Positions 1 through 10,488 of a stretch of DNA of 64,000 bases are shown here, one piece after another. This DNA is from Anaerolineae bacterium. GTDB lineage: Bacteria; Chloroflexota; Anaerolineae; JACRMK01. Positions within the stretch are counted from its first letter, which is position 1, and each line of letters opens with the position of its first letter. The DNA lies in NCBI GenBank assembly GCA_038198935.1, contig JBBPZQ010000003.1:8271-72270 (forward strand), read 5' to 3'. The notes beneath the pieces were generated by a model that saw only the letters and a program-made list of their open reading frames with translations, searched no databases and was not told the DNA's origin. A program made the position numbers and the translations under genes.

Positions 1-718
1 TAGGAGCGTTTGCGCCGCCCGTACTTTGGGAAACTTTGTGCATCACACGCGCTTGCGGCACAAGCAATAACTGATAGCCCTGTCGCCGCGCGCGCAGACA
101 GAAATCCAAATCCTCGTAGTAGAAAAAGAAATGCTCATCGAACAATCCGACACGCTCGAACACATCGCGGCGAATCAACAGCGCGCAGCCGCTCACAAAG
201 TCGCGCGCGACGGGTGCGCTCGGCAGCAGGTGATTGCGTCCGTGATCGTCCGTCATCTCCAAGAGCAAAGGACTAACGTGGCCGCCGACAGACCAGATGC
301 ACTCCGATGCGTCGGCATAAAAAATCGCGGGCGCGACAATAGGCGCGTCGTCACTTGTGTAGTGAAGCAATTCGCGGACCGCACATGCATCGGCGCATGC
401 ATCGTTGTTGATGATGAACACATAATCTGCATCGTGCGCGAGCGCGTAGCGAATGCCGGTATTGTAGCCACCCGCGAAGCCGAGGTTGTTTTCAAGTCGA
501 AGTAATTCGAGGTCAGGAAAAGCCGCACGGATGGTTGCCACCGAATCATCCGTCGAGCCGTTGTCCACGACGAGCACTCGGATGTTCGCATCGCGCTGTG
601 CTACCAGCGAGCGCACACACTCAATCGTGTCGTCGGCGCGATTCCAGTTGACGGTCACGCCATAGACAAGCGGCGCGAGCACACGCGCTGTTTCTTGCGC
701 CGCGTCATGCAAAAGCAT
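1..718 (-). CDS. GT2 family glycosyltransferase (partial, runs off left edge)
   Basis: Not in the ORF track. Manual translation from ATG 718: MLLHDAAQ..VTVNWN..VVDNGSTD..NLGFAGGYNTG..INND..SGCALLIRR..GLFDEHFFFYYEDLDFCLR. Confidence 0.9.
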   Translation of the reverse strand, partial: MLLHDAAQETARVLAPLVYGVTVNWNRADDTIECVRSLVAQRDANIRVLVVDNGSTDDSVATIRAAFPDLELLRLENNLGFAGGYNTGIRYALAHDADYVFIINNDACADACAVRELLHYTSDDAPIVAPAIFYADASECIWSVGGHVSPLLLEMTDDHGRNHLLPSAPVARDFVSGCALLIRRDVFERVGLFDEHFFFYYEDLDFCLRARRQGYQLLLVPQARVMHKVSQSTGGANAP

Positions 719-1829
719 GCTCTGCACTTGCCGCCTTCTCTATCGCTCTCACCAGCGACGACCACTGCACGTTGTCGGGCAGCGCTCTGCGCTCGCACGG
801 CAGCCGTGCGGCACATCCGAGCGCATCGGCAAGTGCGCGCGGATCGCGCGGCGGCACGATGTATATGCTTGGCGTGTCGCACGGCAAGCCCGCACTGTCG
901 AATGCCGTCGTCGTCAGCACGATGGGCAAGCCAAAGCCGAGCGCCAACTTCAGCGCGCCGCTCTGCGTACCCGCAACATAGGGCGCGGCGAAAACGTCAG
1001 CCGCCGAAAAGAACAGCGACACTTGCTCATTTGGAATGTAATAGCTCTCGATGCGCACACAATCGCCAATGCCGAGTTGCGCAATCTGTTGAAGGTAACG
1101 CGCCTTGTCATCCCAGAATTCGCCGGCAATCACAAGTTGGACAGGCGCGTTGTGTTTCAATTGCGCGACGGCGTCGAGCAAATCACGCAACCCTTTGTAT
1201 GCACGCACGATGCCAAAGAACAACACAATCGGAATATCGGGCGGCAGGTGCAATTGTTCGCGCGCACAATTTCGGTCAATATGACCGGCATTGAACGAAT
1301 CAAAGACGGGCATCGCACACACGGCGACATCGGCATGCGGCACCATCGTTTGCAAACGTGCGCGCTCACGCTCGGCTTGCGTGATGAACACACTGCCCGA
1401 GCGCAACGCCCAGCGCGCGAGCGAACGATCTACGCGGCGCGGCTCGTGCGGCAAGACGTTGTGGATAAGATACAATACTCGTCGGCCATTTTGTCGCAAT
1501 CGCCGTGCGAGCATGGCGAATGCTGGCGCCCAAAACGTCGTCCACCACTGCATCACCACGATGTCCGGCGCAAACTGCTCGATGCGCTCGGCTGTGCGCC
1601 ACCAACTGCGCACGTCGAAGGGATCGAGCAGATACTCGGCGGTGACGCGCAGCGGCTGCACGCTGGGGTCGCGGTCACTGCGGCCAGGATACAGCCAGCG
1701 CGGATACTGACGGCGGAACGAAATCGTCTGCACTTGATGCGTTTGCGCCAACGCCTGCGCGAGCAGCGTCGTGTGGTGTGCGATGCCGCCGCGATACGGA
1801 TACACGGGCCCGACGAGCGCGATCTTCAT
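705..1829 (-). CDS. GT4 family glycosyltransferase
   Basis: GPVYPYRGGIAH N-terminus, FFGIVRAYKG, PY..GTQSG motifs; overlaps both neighbours. Confidence 0.9.
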   Translation of the reverse strand: MKIALVGPVYPYRGGIAHHTTLLAQALAQTHQVQTISFRRQYPRWLYPGRSDRDPSVQPLRVTAEYLLDPFDVRSWWRTAERIEQFAPDIVVMQWWTTFWAPAFAMLARRLRQNGRRVLYLIHNVLPHEPRRVDRSLARWALRSGSVFITQAERERARLQTMVPHADVAVCAMPVFDSFNAGHIDRNCAREQLHLPPDIPIVLFFGIVRAYKGLRDLLDAVAQLKHNAPVQLVIAGEFWDDKARYLQQIAQLGIGDCVRIESYYIPNEQVSLFFSAADVFAAPYVAGTQSGALKLALGFGLPIVLTTTAFDSAGLPCDTPSIYIVPPRDPRALADALGCAARLPCERRALPDNVQWSSLVRAIEKAASAEHAFA

Positions 1830-2761
1830 CGCGGCAACTCGTGCTCGCCGCGCGTACTTTCACGCGTATACTCTTTCCATTTGCGGATCGGGAAGCCGCG
1901 CTTCACGATCAGGTCAGCCAACAAGCCAATCGCGAAAAACTGCAAACCCATCATCAAGATCACCACGGTCGAGCTTGGGACATAAAATAAGTTGTTGTAG
2001 AAGATGATGTCGCGAATGTATTTCAAGACGCCGAGCGCGAGCAGGAACAGCGCCATGGGCAGAAACACTTTGAGCGGATTGAAATACATGATCACGCGCA
2101 CGACGAGCATCAAGTATGCATAAGTGTCCGCGATGGGGTGGAACGACGAGCGGCCCTTGCGCGCATAGTACTCGATCGGCACGTATTTGACCGTCTGCCC
2201 GCTTGACAAGTACGCCATCGTAATCGTGCTTACCCACGAGTGTCCAAACGGCAGAATCGGGAAAAAGTCCTTGACCTGTTCGCGGTAGAACGCGCGCATT
2301 CCAGAATTGAGATCGGGAATGTTCACGCCCGTCATATAACTCGCCAGGCGACGAATAAACTCTTTGGCGGGCACGCGCAGCCATTTGAGCGTCCCTTGCT
2401 CTGAAGTGCGCGCGCCGACGACCATCTCGTAGTCGTCGAGATATTGGAGCAAGCGCGGGATCTCGTGATTGGGATAGGTGCCGTCGCCGTCGGTCATCAC
2501 AACCACGTCGCCTTGCGCGGCGCGGACGCCGGTCATCAATGCCGCGCCCGTGCCGCGATTGTACGGATGCTTCAGCAAGCGCACGTCGGGCAGCGCGGCG
2601 ACGATCTGACGCGAACCGTCCGTCGAGCCGTCATCCACGACGATGATCTCGAACGGGCAGCCGTGCTGCGTCATCGTCTGCTGAATGATTTGCAAGTCGG
2701 CGGCGATGGCCGCTTCTTCGTTATACATCGGGACGACGACGCTAATATGCAGAGTGGACAT
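1826..2761 (-). CDS. GT2 polyprenol-phosphate glycosyltransferase (DPM synthase/GtrB-like) with two C-terminal TM helices
   Basis: VVVPMYNEE, VVDDGSTD, DGDGTY, DLNSGMRAF; hydrophobic C-terminus. Confidence 0.88.
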   Translation of the reverse strand: MSTLHISVVVPMYNEEAAIAADLQIIQQTMTQHGCPFEIIVVDDGSTDGSRQIVAALPDVRLLKHPYNRGTGAALMTGVRAAQGDVVVMTDGDGTYPNHEIPRLLQYLDDYEMVVGARTSEQGTLKWLRVPAKEFIRRLASYMTGVNIPDLNSGMRAFYREQVKDFFPILPFGHSWVSTITMAYLSSGQTVKYVPIEYYARKGRSSFHPIADTYAYLMLVVRVIMYFNPLKVFLPMALFLLALGVLKYIRDIIFYNNLFYVPSSTVVILMMGLQFFAIGLLADLIVKRGFPIRKWKEYTRESTRGEHELPR

Positions 2762-2764
2762 GAG

Positions 2765-5224
2765 TTATGGCGAGGACTGGCCTTGCAGTTCAATCGTCTG
2801 GTATGCGCTGCTGATGCGCAGGCGGAATGTGCGCTGCGCTGCATTGGATGCGATCTGCACCTGCGCGTCCGCCCACTCGTCCGTCAGAAACACGCTGACC
2901 AGTTGCAAGCGACCCGCGCTTGGCGCGTAGTATACAATGGTTTGAGCGTTTCCATAAACGGATGGCGCAGCGCGCACGCTCGTCGTGTTCCATGCGTCGT
3001 GCGGCAGCACGAACCGCGCGGGATGCGCGCCGCGCCGCAGCCACAGTACATCGCCGTCGCGCTCACCGTCGCCGACCACATGCCAACTCAGTGCCGCGCG
3101 CCCTTCCCCACCGTCGGCAGAATCCACAATCACGATCGGTCCTTGCGGATATAGATACATTGTGCGTGTCTGGGTCCAGCCATGCCACTGTTCGATGACA
3201 CTCTGCGCGATTTGCGGCGTATCGTTGGGATCGAATTTCGTGACGCGCGCGTAGTGCGGCGGGTCTTGCGCCCATCCGCTGCCGATGCCGAGTAGCGCGA
3301 ACACGCCGCCCAACCCTGATGTGGGAATCAGCAAGCCGTTCAAATTCTCGCGCGGCACGCGCTTGTCGCGCAGTGCCGCGCGACCCTTCGGCAGCCACGT
3401 GATGCGCTCAGGCGCGACTTGCTCGACGACAAGCGGGCCCGCGCGCATGAGCGTGATGATGTCGTTGGTCGCTTTGTAGCGATGCCAGCCCGTGAAGCGC
3501 AAATTGAGCAGCGCGTAATTCGCATCGTCCGTCCAGCCATCGCGCAGCACAATTTTGTCGGGCGCGAGCGGCCCGCGCTGCGTCGGCAGACCGGAGTCAG
3601 CATAGACGAGACACGATCCCGTCGTCGGCGCAACTCCCTGCAAGTTGAGCGCGGACTCAACGCCGGGCTGCGCAAATAGCAACGCATCACGCTCGCTCAT
3701 GCGCGCAAGCGATTGCGACGCGAGCCATACATAGCGTGGGTCGTGCAGCAACTGCGCGCCGAGATAAAATGCGTTCGCGGACCAACCGTCTTGATCGGAG
3801 TTGAACGGCAGCGGACTGCCGTCGGGCGGCGTGAGCATCAGCAGCCACTCGAACGACGCGCGCTGATTCTGCAACGACACCGACTGCGGCGCGAGCTGCG
3901 CTTGGAACAGCGCGTTGTTCAGCCAATGCGTCTGATAGAAATACGAATCGTCCGTGTTGTGAAAACGCGCCGCCCAACCGCGCGGATCGTTTTGCAAGTA
4001 GGCGCGATTACGCTCCGACAAATTTGGATCAGCCAACTGATTCGCTTCGAGCACGGCGAGCAGCCCCGCGCCATTCTCCTGATTCTCGTACGGGCCTAAC
4101 GGCCATTCGCGGAAGGCGATGCCGTACAGCGCATCCACCCATTCGGGCGTGAGCGCGCGGCGGTTGATCGCGGCGAACCACTGCGCGAGCGATTGCTGCT
4201 CGCTCGCGCTGAACAAGTCGGGATATTGCGCGCGCATCTTTGCAAAATAATAGACGCGCAGTGCCGCCTCAAACTGGCCCCATTTCACGCTGCCCATTGG
4301 CTGCGTGAACGCTTGCTGCTGCGCTTCCAACAGTAGCGCGCGGCGGAAATCTTGTGCGTCGTTCGCATCCCGTTTGGCTAATGCAATGAACGCGAACTCG
4401 GCGGGCGTCTTGAATGGATTCGTTTCAATGCGCCGCAGCAATTGATCGTACACGTCCACGCCGGACACCGTGCTGGACGATGGTGTGACTTGACCGCATA
4501 GGCTCGTTTGCGTCGGCGTAATGCCCGCAAACGACGGCGGATCGTTGCCGTAGAAACTCGACTGATACGAGCTAATCGTCTCGACGACAGCAACGCTGAG
4601 TAGTCCTAACGCGAGCGCAAGCGAGATGACAACGGATCGGCGCTTTAGTTTGATGGTACTGTGTGCGCGAGACGGAATGACGAATTGAACCGCGCTCAAC
4701 ATCAGAAAGCAAAAGCCCGACAGCGCGAGCGCCTGCACGAACGCAAAGAACTCTTCGTCTGCAAACTGACTCGCGATCTGCGCGACGACGACGGGCACAC
4801 TGCCGCCGAGCAGCGCGATGCCGACGCGCGCGAACCAGCGCGCACTGCGCCGCACGCGCATCAGCGCAACCAACGTGTCGAGCGTGATGAGCCACATCAG
4901 CCACGCGCCGACCGCGAGCCACGCGACGAGCGTGCTGCTCTGCCACGCACACGCCAGCCACGCACCCAACATCATCGCGCTGCCGAACGCAAGCCACAAA
5001 CGGGTGTGATGCAATGTGAATCGCTGCGCGACAATTGCTGCCACACTCACGAGGACGACGACGACCACACGCGCGAGTACGTTTATCAATTCGTTCGGCG
5101 CGTCCGCGAGCATCGCCATCAGCAGCAGCCACGCGAGCGGCACGAGCAGCGCGAGCAGGCGCAGCGCACGCGAGACAGAGATGGCGCCGACCATTTGCGC
5201 GCGATTAACGACAGTCAGATTCAT
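2765..5224 (-). CDS. Membrane-anchored protein with extracytoplasmic heparinase II/III / alginate-lyase-like region
   Basis: About 220 aa multi-TM N-terminus, then helical region (YENQEN, DDSYFYQ, PDGSPLPFNSD) and KIVLRDGW..GWHRYK segment like the heparinase II/III C-terminal domain. Confidence 0.55.
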   Translation of the reverse strand: MNLTVVNRAQMVGAISVSRALRLLALLVPLAWLLLMAMLADAPNELINVLARVVVVVLVSVAAIVAQRFTLHHTRLWLAFGSAMMLGAWLACAWQSSTLVAWLAVGAWLMWLITLDTLVALMRVRRSARWFARVGIALLGGSVPVVVAQIASQFADEEFFAFVQALALSGFCFLMLSAVQFVIPSRAHSTIKLKRRSVVISLALALGLLSVAVVETISSYQSSFYGNDPPSFAGITPTQTSLCGQVTPSSSTVSGVDVYDQLLRRIETNPFKTPAEFAFIALAKRDANDAQDFRRALLLEAQQQAFTQPMGSVKWGQFEAALRVYYFAKMRAQYPDLFSASEQQSLAQWFAAINRRALTPEWVDALYGIAFREWPLGPYENQENGAGLLAVLEANQLADPNLSERNRAYLQNDPRGWAARFHNTDDSYFYQTHWLNNALFQAQLAPQSVSLQNQRASFEWLLMLTPPDGSPLPFNSDQDGWSANAFYLGAQLLHDPRYVWLASQSLARMSERDALLFAQPGVESALNLQGVAPTTGSCLVYADSGLPTQRGPLAPDKIVLRDGWTDDANYALLNLRFTGWHRYKATNDIITLMRAGPLVVEQVAPERITWLPKGRAALRDKRVPRENLNGLLIPTSGLGGVFALLGIGSGWAQDPPHYARVTKFDPNDTPQIAQSVIEQWHGWTQTRTMYLYPQGPIVIVDSADGGEGRAALSWHVVGDGERDGDVLWLRRGAHPARFVLPHDAWNTTSVRAAPSVYGNAQTIVYYAPSAGRLQLVSVFLTDEWADAQVQIASNAAQRTFRLRISSAYQTIELQGQSSP

Positions 5225-7664
5225 TCAGCGCGAACACTCCCACTTTGTCTTGACGATAGATCGTCGTGAACGCCAACGAGTTTTCCAGATCGGCGAGATG
5301 CAGCATCGGCTGCGGCGGTGGAATGCCAATACGCCCTTGCTCCTCGCCAACGTAAACATGCGTGATGTGATTGTTGCACAGCAGCGCAACGCCCTCGCGT
5401 GTGCTTACCCCAACTTTCCGTAACTGCGTTACGAGTTCGACGATCCAATCGTTGAAGCGCACATCATTGGGCCGCTCGGAGAGCAGCGCATACTGCGGCG
5501 GCATGGTGTTGCGGCGATGCGCGATCATCGGCAGCCACCAGCCGCCGTCAGAGCCGACGGCCGAAGTGCCACCATAGATCAGAAATCCATCCACGAGAAA
5601 TTGCGCGTCGCGCGACACGTTTGCGTCAATCCACTGCATGGCACGCAGGTCGGCGGGCGCGAGGATGCGATTGTCTGGCTTGACCGCACTGAGCTGTTGT
5701 CGCGCGCCGAATAAGGCGAGCAGACTAAACACCGTCAGCGCGCTGACGAGCCACACACGGTTCAACTGTGTCGCAGCATCCAACAGCCGATCAACGCCGT
5801 AACCGACTGATACGCTAATCGGCATGTAAAGACTGATGATGATGGCAAAGCCTTGCAGGTTGTTCGCGCCCGGCACGCGCAGCAGACGCGAGGCAGGTAA
5901 CAGCGCAATGCCGATGCACCACAGCGCGACGATCAGCACCGCGCGATGGCGACGCCACAGCGCGTAAAGGGTTACGAGCGTCGCGGCGAGCACGAGTGCA
6001 AGCGGCACGTACTGGTCGAGCGAGGTGAAGATTTGATATTCATTGCGCACCGCGTCGAGCGTCGAGCCTTGGGTCACGCCGAACTCGACCGACTCGGCGA
6101 GATTGCCGCCGCGAATATGCAGGAGCCATGGCAGCATCAGCGCGAGCGCAACCAAACCAGCGCCGCTCAGCATAAGCAAGGGTTCAATCAGCGCACGCCA
6201 ATGCGAACGCGCACGAAGCGCATACGCGCCGACGAGAAGGATGACGAGCAGCGCGACGTAATGCGGCATCCGATAGTAAGCCAGCAGCGTGCCCGCAAAC
6301 ACGAGTGCTGCGACCACGCTGAGTCCGATACGCTTGTGTGCGACGCCGTCAAACATGCGCCACGTCAGCCAGCACGCGGCCGGCACAAGCGCCTGTCCGA
6401 GCAGTTGCGGATAGCGGCCCCAATTCAAGTACTCGTTCGGCAGCGGCGACAGCAAGCCCGCGACCAGCATCGCGCCGACGCCCGCCCACCGATTACGGCT
6501 CACTCGTTCGGCGAGCAACGACAGGGAGAGAATCGCGACGAAATTGATCCACTGGCCCACGAGCAGCGTCGCGTCGAGGATCGCAGCGCGCGTCAGCCAT
6601 GCGAAAGCGGCGACCGCGCTGTGAAAACCGTAATGCACCGTGAGCGTGCTATACGGCGCATACGGCTGCCACGAATCGAACAAGCCACCATGATCGAGCA
6701 GCAGCTGCGCGATGACCGTGTGCTGCACCGAGTCGCCGAGCATCGGCGCGTCCACGCCGCGCAAGATGAACAGCTGCACGCTCAGCACGAGCGTCGCCGT
6801 GATCCACCACGCCAAACTAGCCACGTCACTTCGAATGCGCACGCGCATCCACACGTCGCGCTGCGTGAACGCGCGCAATGTGAGCGCGCATGACGCGACA
6901 ACAACGGGCAGCACGACGGTCCAGGCACCCAGCGCGATGTCGGCCACGCGCGCCCAGAGCAGCACGAGCGGATACACGCACAGACTCAATGCCGCAGCGA
7001 GCGCGATGCGCGCGCGCCACGCCGTGAGCGGCAGCAGAAATGTTTGCAGCGCCATGCCTGGCACAACGAACACGACGACGAAAGCGAGCGTCGTCAACAC
7101 GGACTGTCCGACGAACGACAGCAGATCGAGCGCGACCCACTCGGCGGCGTAGCTCGCTCGGAACGACAACTGCCCGTCTTGCGCGCGCTGCGCGACGTAT
7201 AGCGCGCCATCCCGATATGCGCTGCTCGGCAACTGCGCGCCGTGCAGCATCGCGCCGACTGGCAACCGCGACTCGACGAAAAAGTAATACGATTGGTTGC
7301 GCGCATCTATGGGATCGAATGCGAAATGATACCAGGTCTGCGGCGCAGGCGAGCGCATCATGAGCGATGCCACACGCAAGTCGGGCGCGCTGGGCAGTGC
7401 GGATGAGCGCAGATGCAGCGTGAGTGGCGCGTCCCCGGCAGCGCCATCTGTTGCCAGCAATATGTCAATGCTCTGCAAGCCCGCGTGCCGCGCGACGAAC
7501 GATTGACCAATCGTGCTATCCGCAGATACACTGACATTCGTTGCGGCATCAGGCGCGAGCGTATCGGAGATGTGCGCGTCGCAACCGACCAACATCAGCG
7601 TCAGCAGCGCGCACAGACACAGATGCCGTTTAATCGTCCACCACCCGATAGACCCACACGTCAT
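5205..7664 (-). CDS. Polytopic membrane protein, GT-C-like (DUF6541-like), with N-terminal lipobox-like signal and soluble domain
   Basis: LMLVGC lipobox-like; GDSVQH, YGFH, WGRYPQ motifs; many TM segments; start uncertain. Confidence 0.7.
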   Translation of the reverse strand: MTCGSIGWWTIKRHLCLCALLTLMLVGCDAHISDTLAPDAATNVSVSADSTIGQSFVARHAGLQSIDILLATDGAAGDAPLTLHLRSSALPSAPDLRVASLMMRSPAPQTWYHFAFDPIDARNQSYYFFVESRLPVGAMLHGAQLPSSAYRDGALYVAQRAQDGQLSFRASYAAEWVALDLLSFVGQSVLTTLAFVVVFVVPGMALQTFLLPLTAWRARIALAAALSLCVYPLVLLWARVADIALGAWTVVLPVVVASCALTLRAFTQRDVWMRVRIRSDVASLAWWITATLVLSVQLFILRGVDAPMLGDSVQHTVIAQLLLDHGGLFDSWQPYAPYSTLTVHYGFHSAVAAFAWLTRAAILDATLLVGQWINFVAILSLSLLAERVSRNRWAGVGAMLVAGLLSPLPNEYLNWGRYPQLLGQALVPAACWLTWRMFDGVAHKRIGLSVVAALVFAGTLLAYYRMPHYVALLVILLVGAYALRARSHWRALIEPLLMLSGAGLVALALMLPWLLHIRGGNLAESVEFGVTQGSTLDAVRNEYQIFTSLDQYVPLALVLAATLVTLYALWRRHRAVLIVALWCIGIALLPASRLLRVPGANNLQGFAIIISLYMPISVSVGYGVDRLLDAATQLNRVWLVSALTVFSLLALFGARQQLSAVKPDNRILAPADLRAMQWIDANVSRDAQFLVDGFLIYGGTSAVGSDGGWWLPMIAHRRNTMPPQYALLSERPNDVRFNDWIVELVTQLRKVGVSTREGVALLCNNHITHVYVGEEQGRIGIPPPQPMLHLADLENSLAFTTIYRQDKVGVFALNESDCR

Positions 7665-9390
7665 CCAGCACCTGTTCCAATTTTAGTTGCGCGGCCGCAT
7701 CGAGTTTTGCTTTCAGAACAGTCCAATTGCTGAAGCGCTGTGGCGAAAACACCACGAGCGAGACGCGCCATTCTTTTAGCGCGCGCAGGCTCGCGTCAGA
7801 TGGAATATCGGCGACGAGTGCGCTGCGCTGCCTCAACCATGCGGGCAAGTAGCTCGCGCCGTCCACGCCGAACACGACGGGCTGCTGATGCACCGTGCCG
7901 TAGTAATCGAGGATATGGCCGTACCAAGGGTACTCCAGCACGACGGTGTTGGCGGGCTGCGCGGCGAGCCACGCATCCACGGCGCGCGGGTGCAGTGGCG
8001 TCAGCGGCACGCTGCTGTACGACTCGATGCAGATCAGCACCACAATGCACGCCCACGCAGCCATTCCCCACTTGCGCGGCAGTCGTGTACGTAGTGTCAC
8101 GAAGCCGACCGATGCCAACCCGCTAATCATCAGCGCCGCCCATATTGCCATGCGGTCCATGCTGCGCACACCCGCACCAAACGGCAGCCAGTAATGGATG
8201 GCAAGTGAGGGTAGCGGAATCGCTACCGTGCCGCTCGATTTGAGCACACTGAGATCGTCAACAGGCAGCGCCGACCACAGCGGCGCGAGCGTCGCATCCA
8301 GCATCGCAGGCAACGGCAGGCGCACTTGTTGATCCGCCCAGTGTAAGGTCGGGCCCAGTGAGATCAGGTACGCGACGAGGAGGGTGATAAGCACGGGTGT
8401 GACGTAACGCGAGCGTCGCGCGCCCCATGCCAAGACTGCAAGCGCAAGCGCGACCAGACTAAGCGAAATGCCGAGTTCGATCCACAGCTTGCTTTGATGT
8501 GGAAAGGATTGCGCGACCCAATCGTGCCACCAAGGGTTGAGCAGACTCGGCACGAGATAATCGTACGGATTGAGCGCCCACATTTCTTTTTCGGCGAGCG
8601 TGCGCGCAAAGTTGTTGCTTGCGGCGACCTGAACTGTCGGCAGCGCGAACGGCAATACGAGTACGAGGATGACGAGCAACGCGCAAAGCAAACTTTTCCA
8701 CAGTTGCGCGTCTGCCCATCGTCGCCCACTCGTTTGCCAGCGCAGCAGCGTGTAGAGCGGGATGATGAGCACGGCGAACAGCGCATAATACCACGCCGAC
8801 AAGAAAATCAATGCAACGAAGATGCCGACGACGATGACGCGTTGCGCATTTGCACGCACAAACAGTGTATCCATTGCCGCGAGCGCGAGCGGCATCCATT
8901 GCGTCGCGTCGAGATTGAGGTGGCCGAAGTAGTGTGCGAAGCGATAAGGCACGAACGCGAACACGATACCACTTAGCAACGCCGCTCGACGCGAACCGCT
9001 CAACCGCAGCGCCCACACATAGGCACCGAACGCCGAGAGCACGAACGAGAGCAGCATCAGCACGTTGTACGCCAACAAAGGTCCTGCGAGGATCGTGAGC
9101 GGAAGCGCGAGGAACGTGTTGGCAGGCGACAGTTCGTCGCGCGCTAGTTCGTAGCCGATGGGGTAATAGACGTTGGTCGAGAAGAACGGCGACGTTTGCA
9201 AGTCCACCAGCGCGCGCTTGACCCACCAAATTTCCCAGATGAAGAAGACGTTGTCGCCGACGAAACCTGGTACTGCGTCGGCGAGGTGCATCACGAGCGG
9301 GAACGTCATCAGCAGCGACAGCGCGAGGCAGAGCGCGAGCGCCATACTCACATGCTGTGCGCGCCGCGGCACGAGCGAGGTCAAGGTCAT
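7630..9390 (-). CDS. Polytopic GT-C-like membrane glycosyltransferase (YfhO-like)
   Basis: GDNVFFIW loop, FAFVPYRFAH..GHLNL, multiple TMs, C-terminal soluble domain. Confidence 0.72.
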   Translation of the reverse strand: MTLTSLVPRRAQHVSMALALCLALSLLMTFPLVMHLADAVPGFVGDNVFFIWEIWWVKRALVDLQTSPFFSTNVYYPIGYELARDELSPANTFLALPLTILAGPLLAYNVLMLLSFVLSAFGAYVWALRLSGSRRAALLSGIVFAFVPYRFAHYFGHLNLDATQWMPLALAAMDTLFVRANAQRVIVVGIFVALIFLSAWYYALFAVLIIPLYTLLRWQTSGRRWADAQLWKSLLCALLVILVLVLPFALPTVQVAASNNFARTLAEKEMWALNPYDYLVPSLLNPWWHDWVAQSFPHQSKLWIELGISLSLVALALAVLAWGARRSRYVTPVLITLLVAYLISLGPTLHWADQQVRLPLPAMLDATLAPLWSALPVDDLSVLKSSGTVAIPLPSLAIHYWLPFGAGVRSMDRMAIWAALMISGLASVGFVTLRTRLPRKWGMAAWACIVVLICIESYSSVPLTPLHPRAVDAWLAAQPANTVVLEYPWYGHILDYYGTVHQQPVVFGVDGASYLPAWLRQRSALVADIPSDASLRALKEWRVSLVVFSPQRFSNWTVLKAKLDAAAQLKLEQVLDDVWVYRVVDD

Positions 9391-9425
9391 ATTATTCGGT
9401 GCGGGTGAGAGTGCAACCGGCGGCG

Positions 9426-9454
9426 ATTATAGTAGCAAAAGAATAGAGATTCAA
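9426..9454 (-). promoter_or_regulatory. Sigma70-type promoter for the 9390-start operon
   Basis: Minus strand TTGAAT-N17-TATAAT, 35 nt upstream of ATG 9390. Confidence 0.7.
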
Positions 9455-9477
9455 AATTATCTGCGCGCACGATGGAT

Positions 9478-10488
9478 TCATGCGCGATGCGTGTATGTCG
9501 AACGTTGCAGATGCGCGTAGCGGCTGGCCACGGCGCGTGGCGCGGCGATGCGCTGCATGCGCGACAGCAACTCGTCTGCGCTCACGCGGCGCAGCGACTG
9601 CACCTGCTTGCGCTTGCGCCACATGCGCGCGCTGCCGCGTAATGCTGCGATGCGTCCTTGCAGTGCGCTGACATCACGGCGCAGCACGAGCGCATAGCAC
9701 ACCGCAGCCCAATCATACGCGACGATGAGCGGAAGGTAGAGCCACAGATACGGTGCGGGATAATTTTTGATGATCGTCCACCATTTGTTGCGTCCGAGCA
9801 GTTGGCTCTTGAACGGCGAGCCTTCGATGCTCGTCGCCGAATGCCAGTGGCTTACACGCGCCTGCGGCACGTACAGCGCGCGCCAGCCCGCCAACTGCGC
9901 GCGCCACGCGAGGTCAACGTCTTCGAGGTACGCGAAGAAGTCTTCGTCGAACGGGCCAATCTCGTCGAACAGGGAGCGCCGATAGAGCGCCGCGCCTGCA
10001 CACGCGCCGAACACATCACGTACCTCGCGCTCACTCGCATCGTCCAGTTCGCCGCCGCAGCGGTCCCACGCGATGCCAGCCCGATCCACGCAAATACCCG
10101 CCGAGTTAATCACGCCGCGCGGCTCGACGAACAGCATTTTGCTGGCTGCCATGCCCGCGTGCGGCTCGCGTTCCAATGCGAGCACCAACTGCGACAGCCA
10201 CTCAGGGTCGGGCACGGCATCATTGTTGAGCGTTGCAATGAGCGGCGCGTCGCTCGCGCGTATGCCGGCGTTGATCGCCGCTGCGAAACCGCGATTGGTT
10301 GTAAAGCGGATGACGCGCACGGCAGGAAAACTTGTGCCGATGAACGCAACACTGCCGTCTTGAGAACCATTATCCACAACGACGATCTGCAGATCGTCGT
10401 AAGTCTGCACGTGCAGCGCACGCAGACACGCGTCGAGCATGCGCACGCCATTGTAGTTCGGAATGATTACCATAACGGGTGTGTTCAT
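9478..10488 (-). CDS. GT2 family glycosyltransferase
   Basis: IPNYNG, VVDNGSQD, LNND, EDVDLAWR; ATG 10488 overlaps upstream stop (ATGA). Confidence 0.9.
   Translation of the reverse strand: MNTPVMVIIPNYNGVRMLDACLRALHVQTYDDLQIVVVDNGSQDGSVAFIGTSFPAVRVIRFTTNRGFAAAINAGIRASDAPLIATLNNDAVPDPEWLSQLVLALEREPHAGMAASKMLFVEPRGVINSAGICVDRAGIAWDRCGGELDDASEREVRDVFGACAGAALYRRSLFDEIGPFDEDFFAYLEDVDLAWRAQLAGWRALYVPQARVSHWHSATSIEGSPFKSQLLGRNKWWTIIKNYPAPYLWLYLPLIVAYDWAAVCYALVLRRDVSALQGRIAALRGSARMWRKRKQVQSLRRVSADELLSRMQRIAAPRAVASRYAHLQRSTYTHRA

Noticed and set aside
717-1985. Long plus-strand ORFs (also 33646..35019, 59811..61181 and many others)
   Set aside because: They are antisense shadows of well-supported minus-strand genes in GC-rich DNA, with no recognisable motifs.
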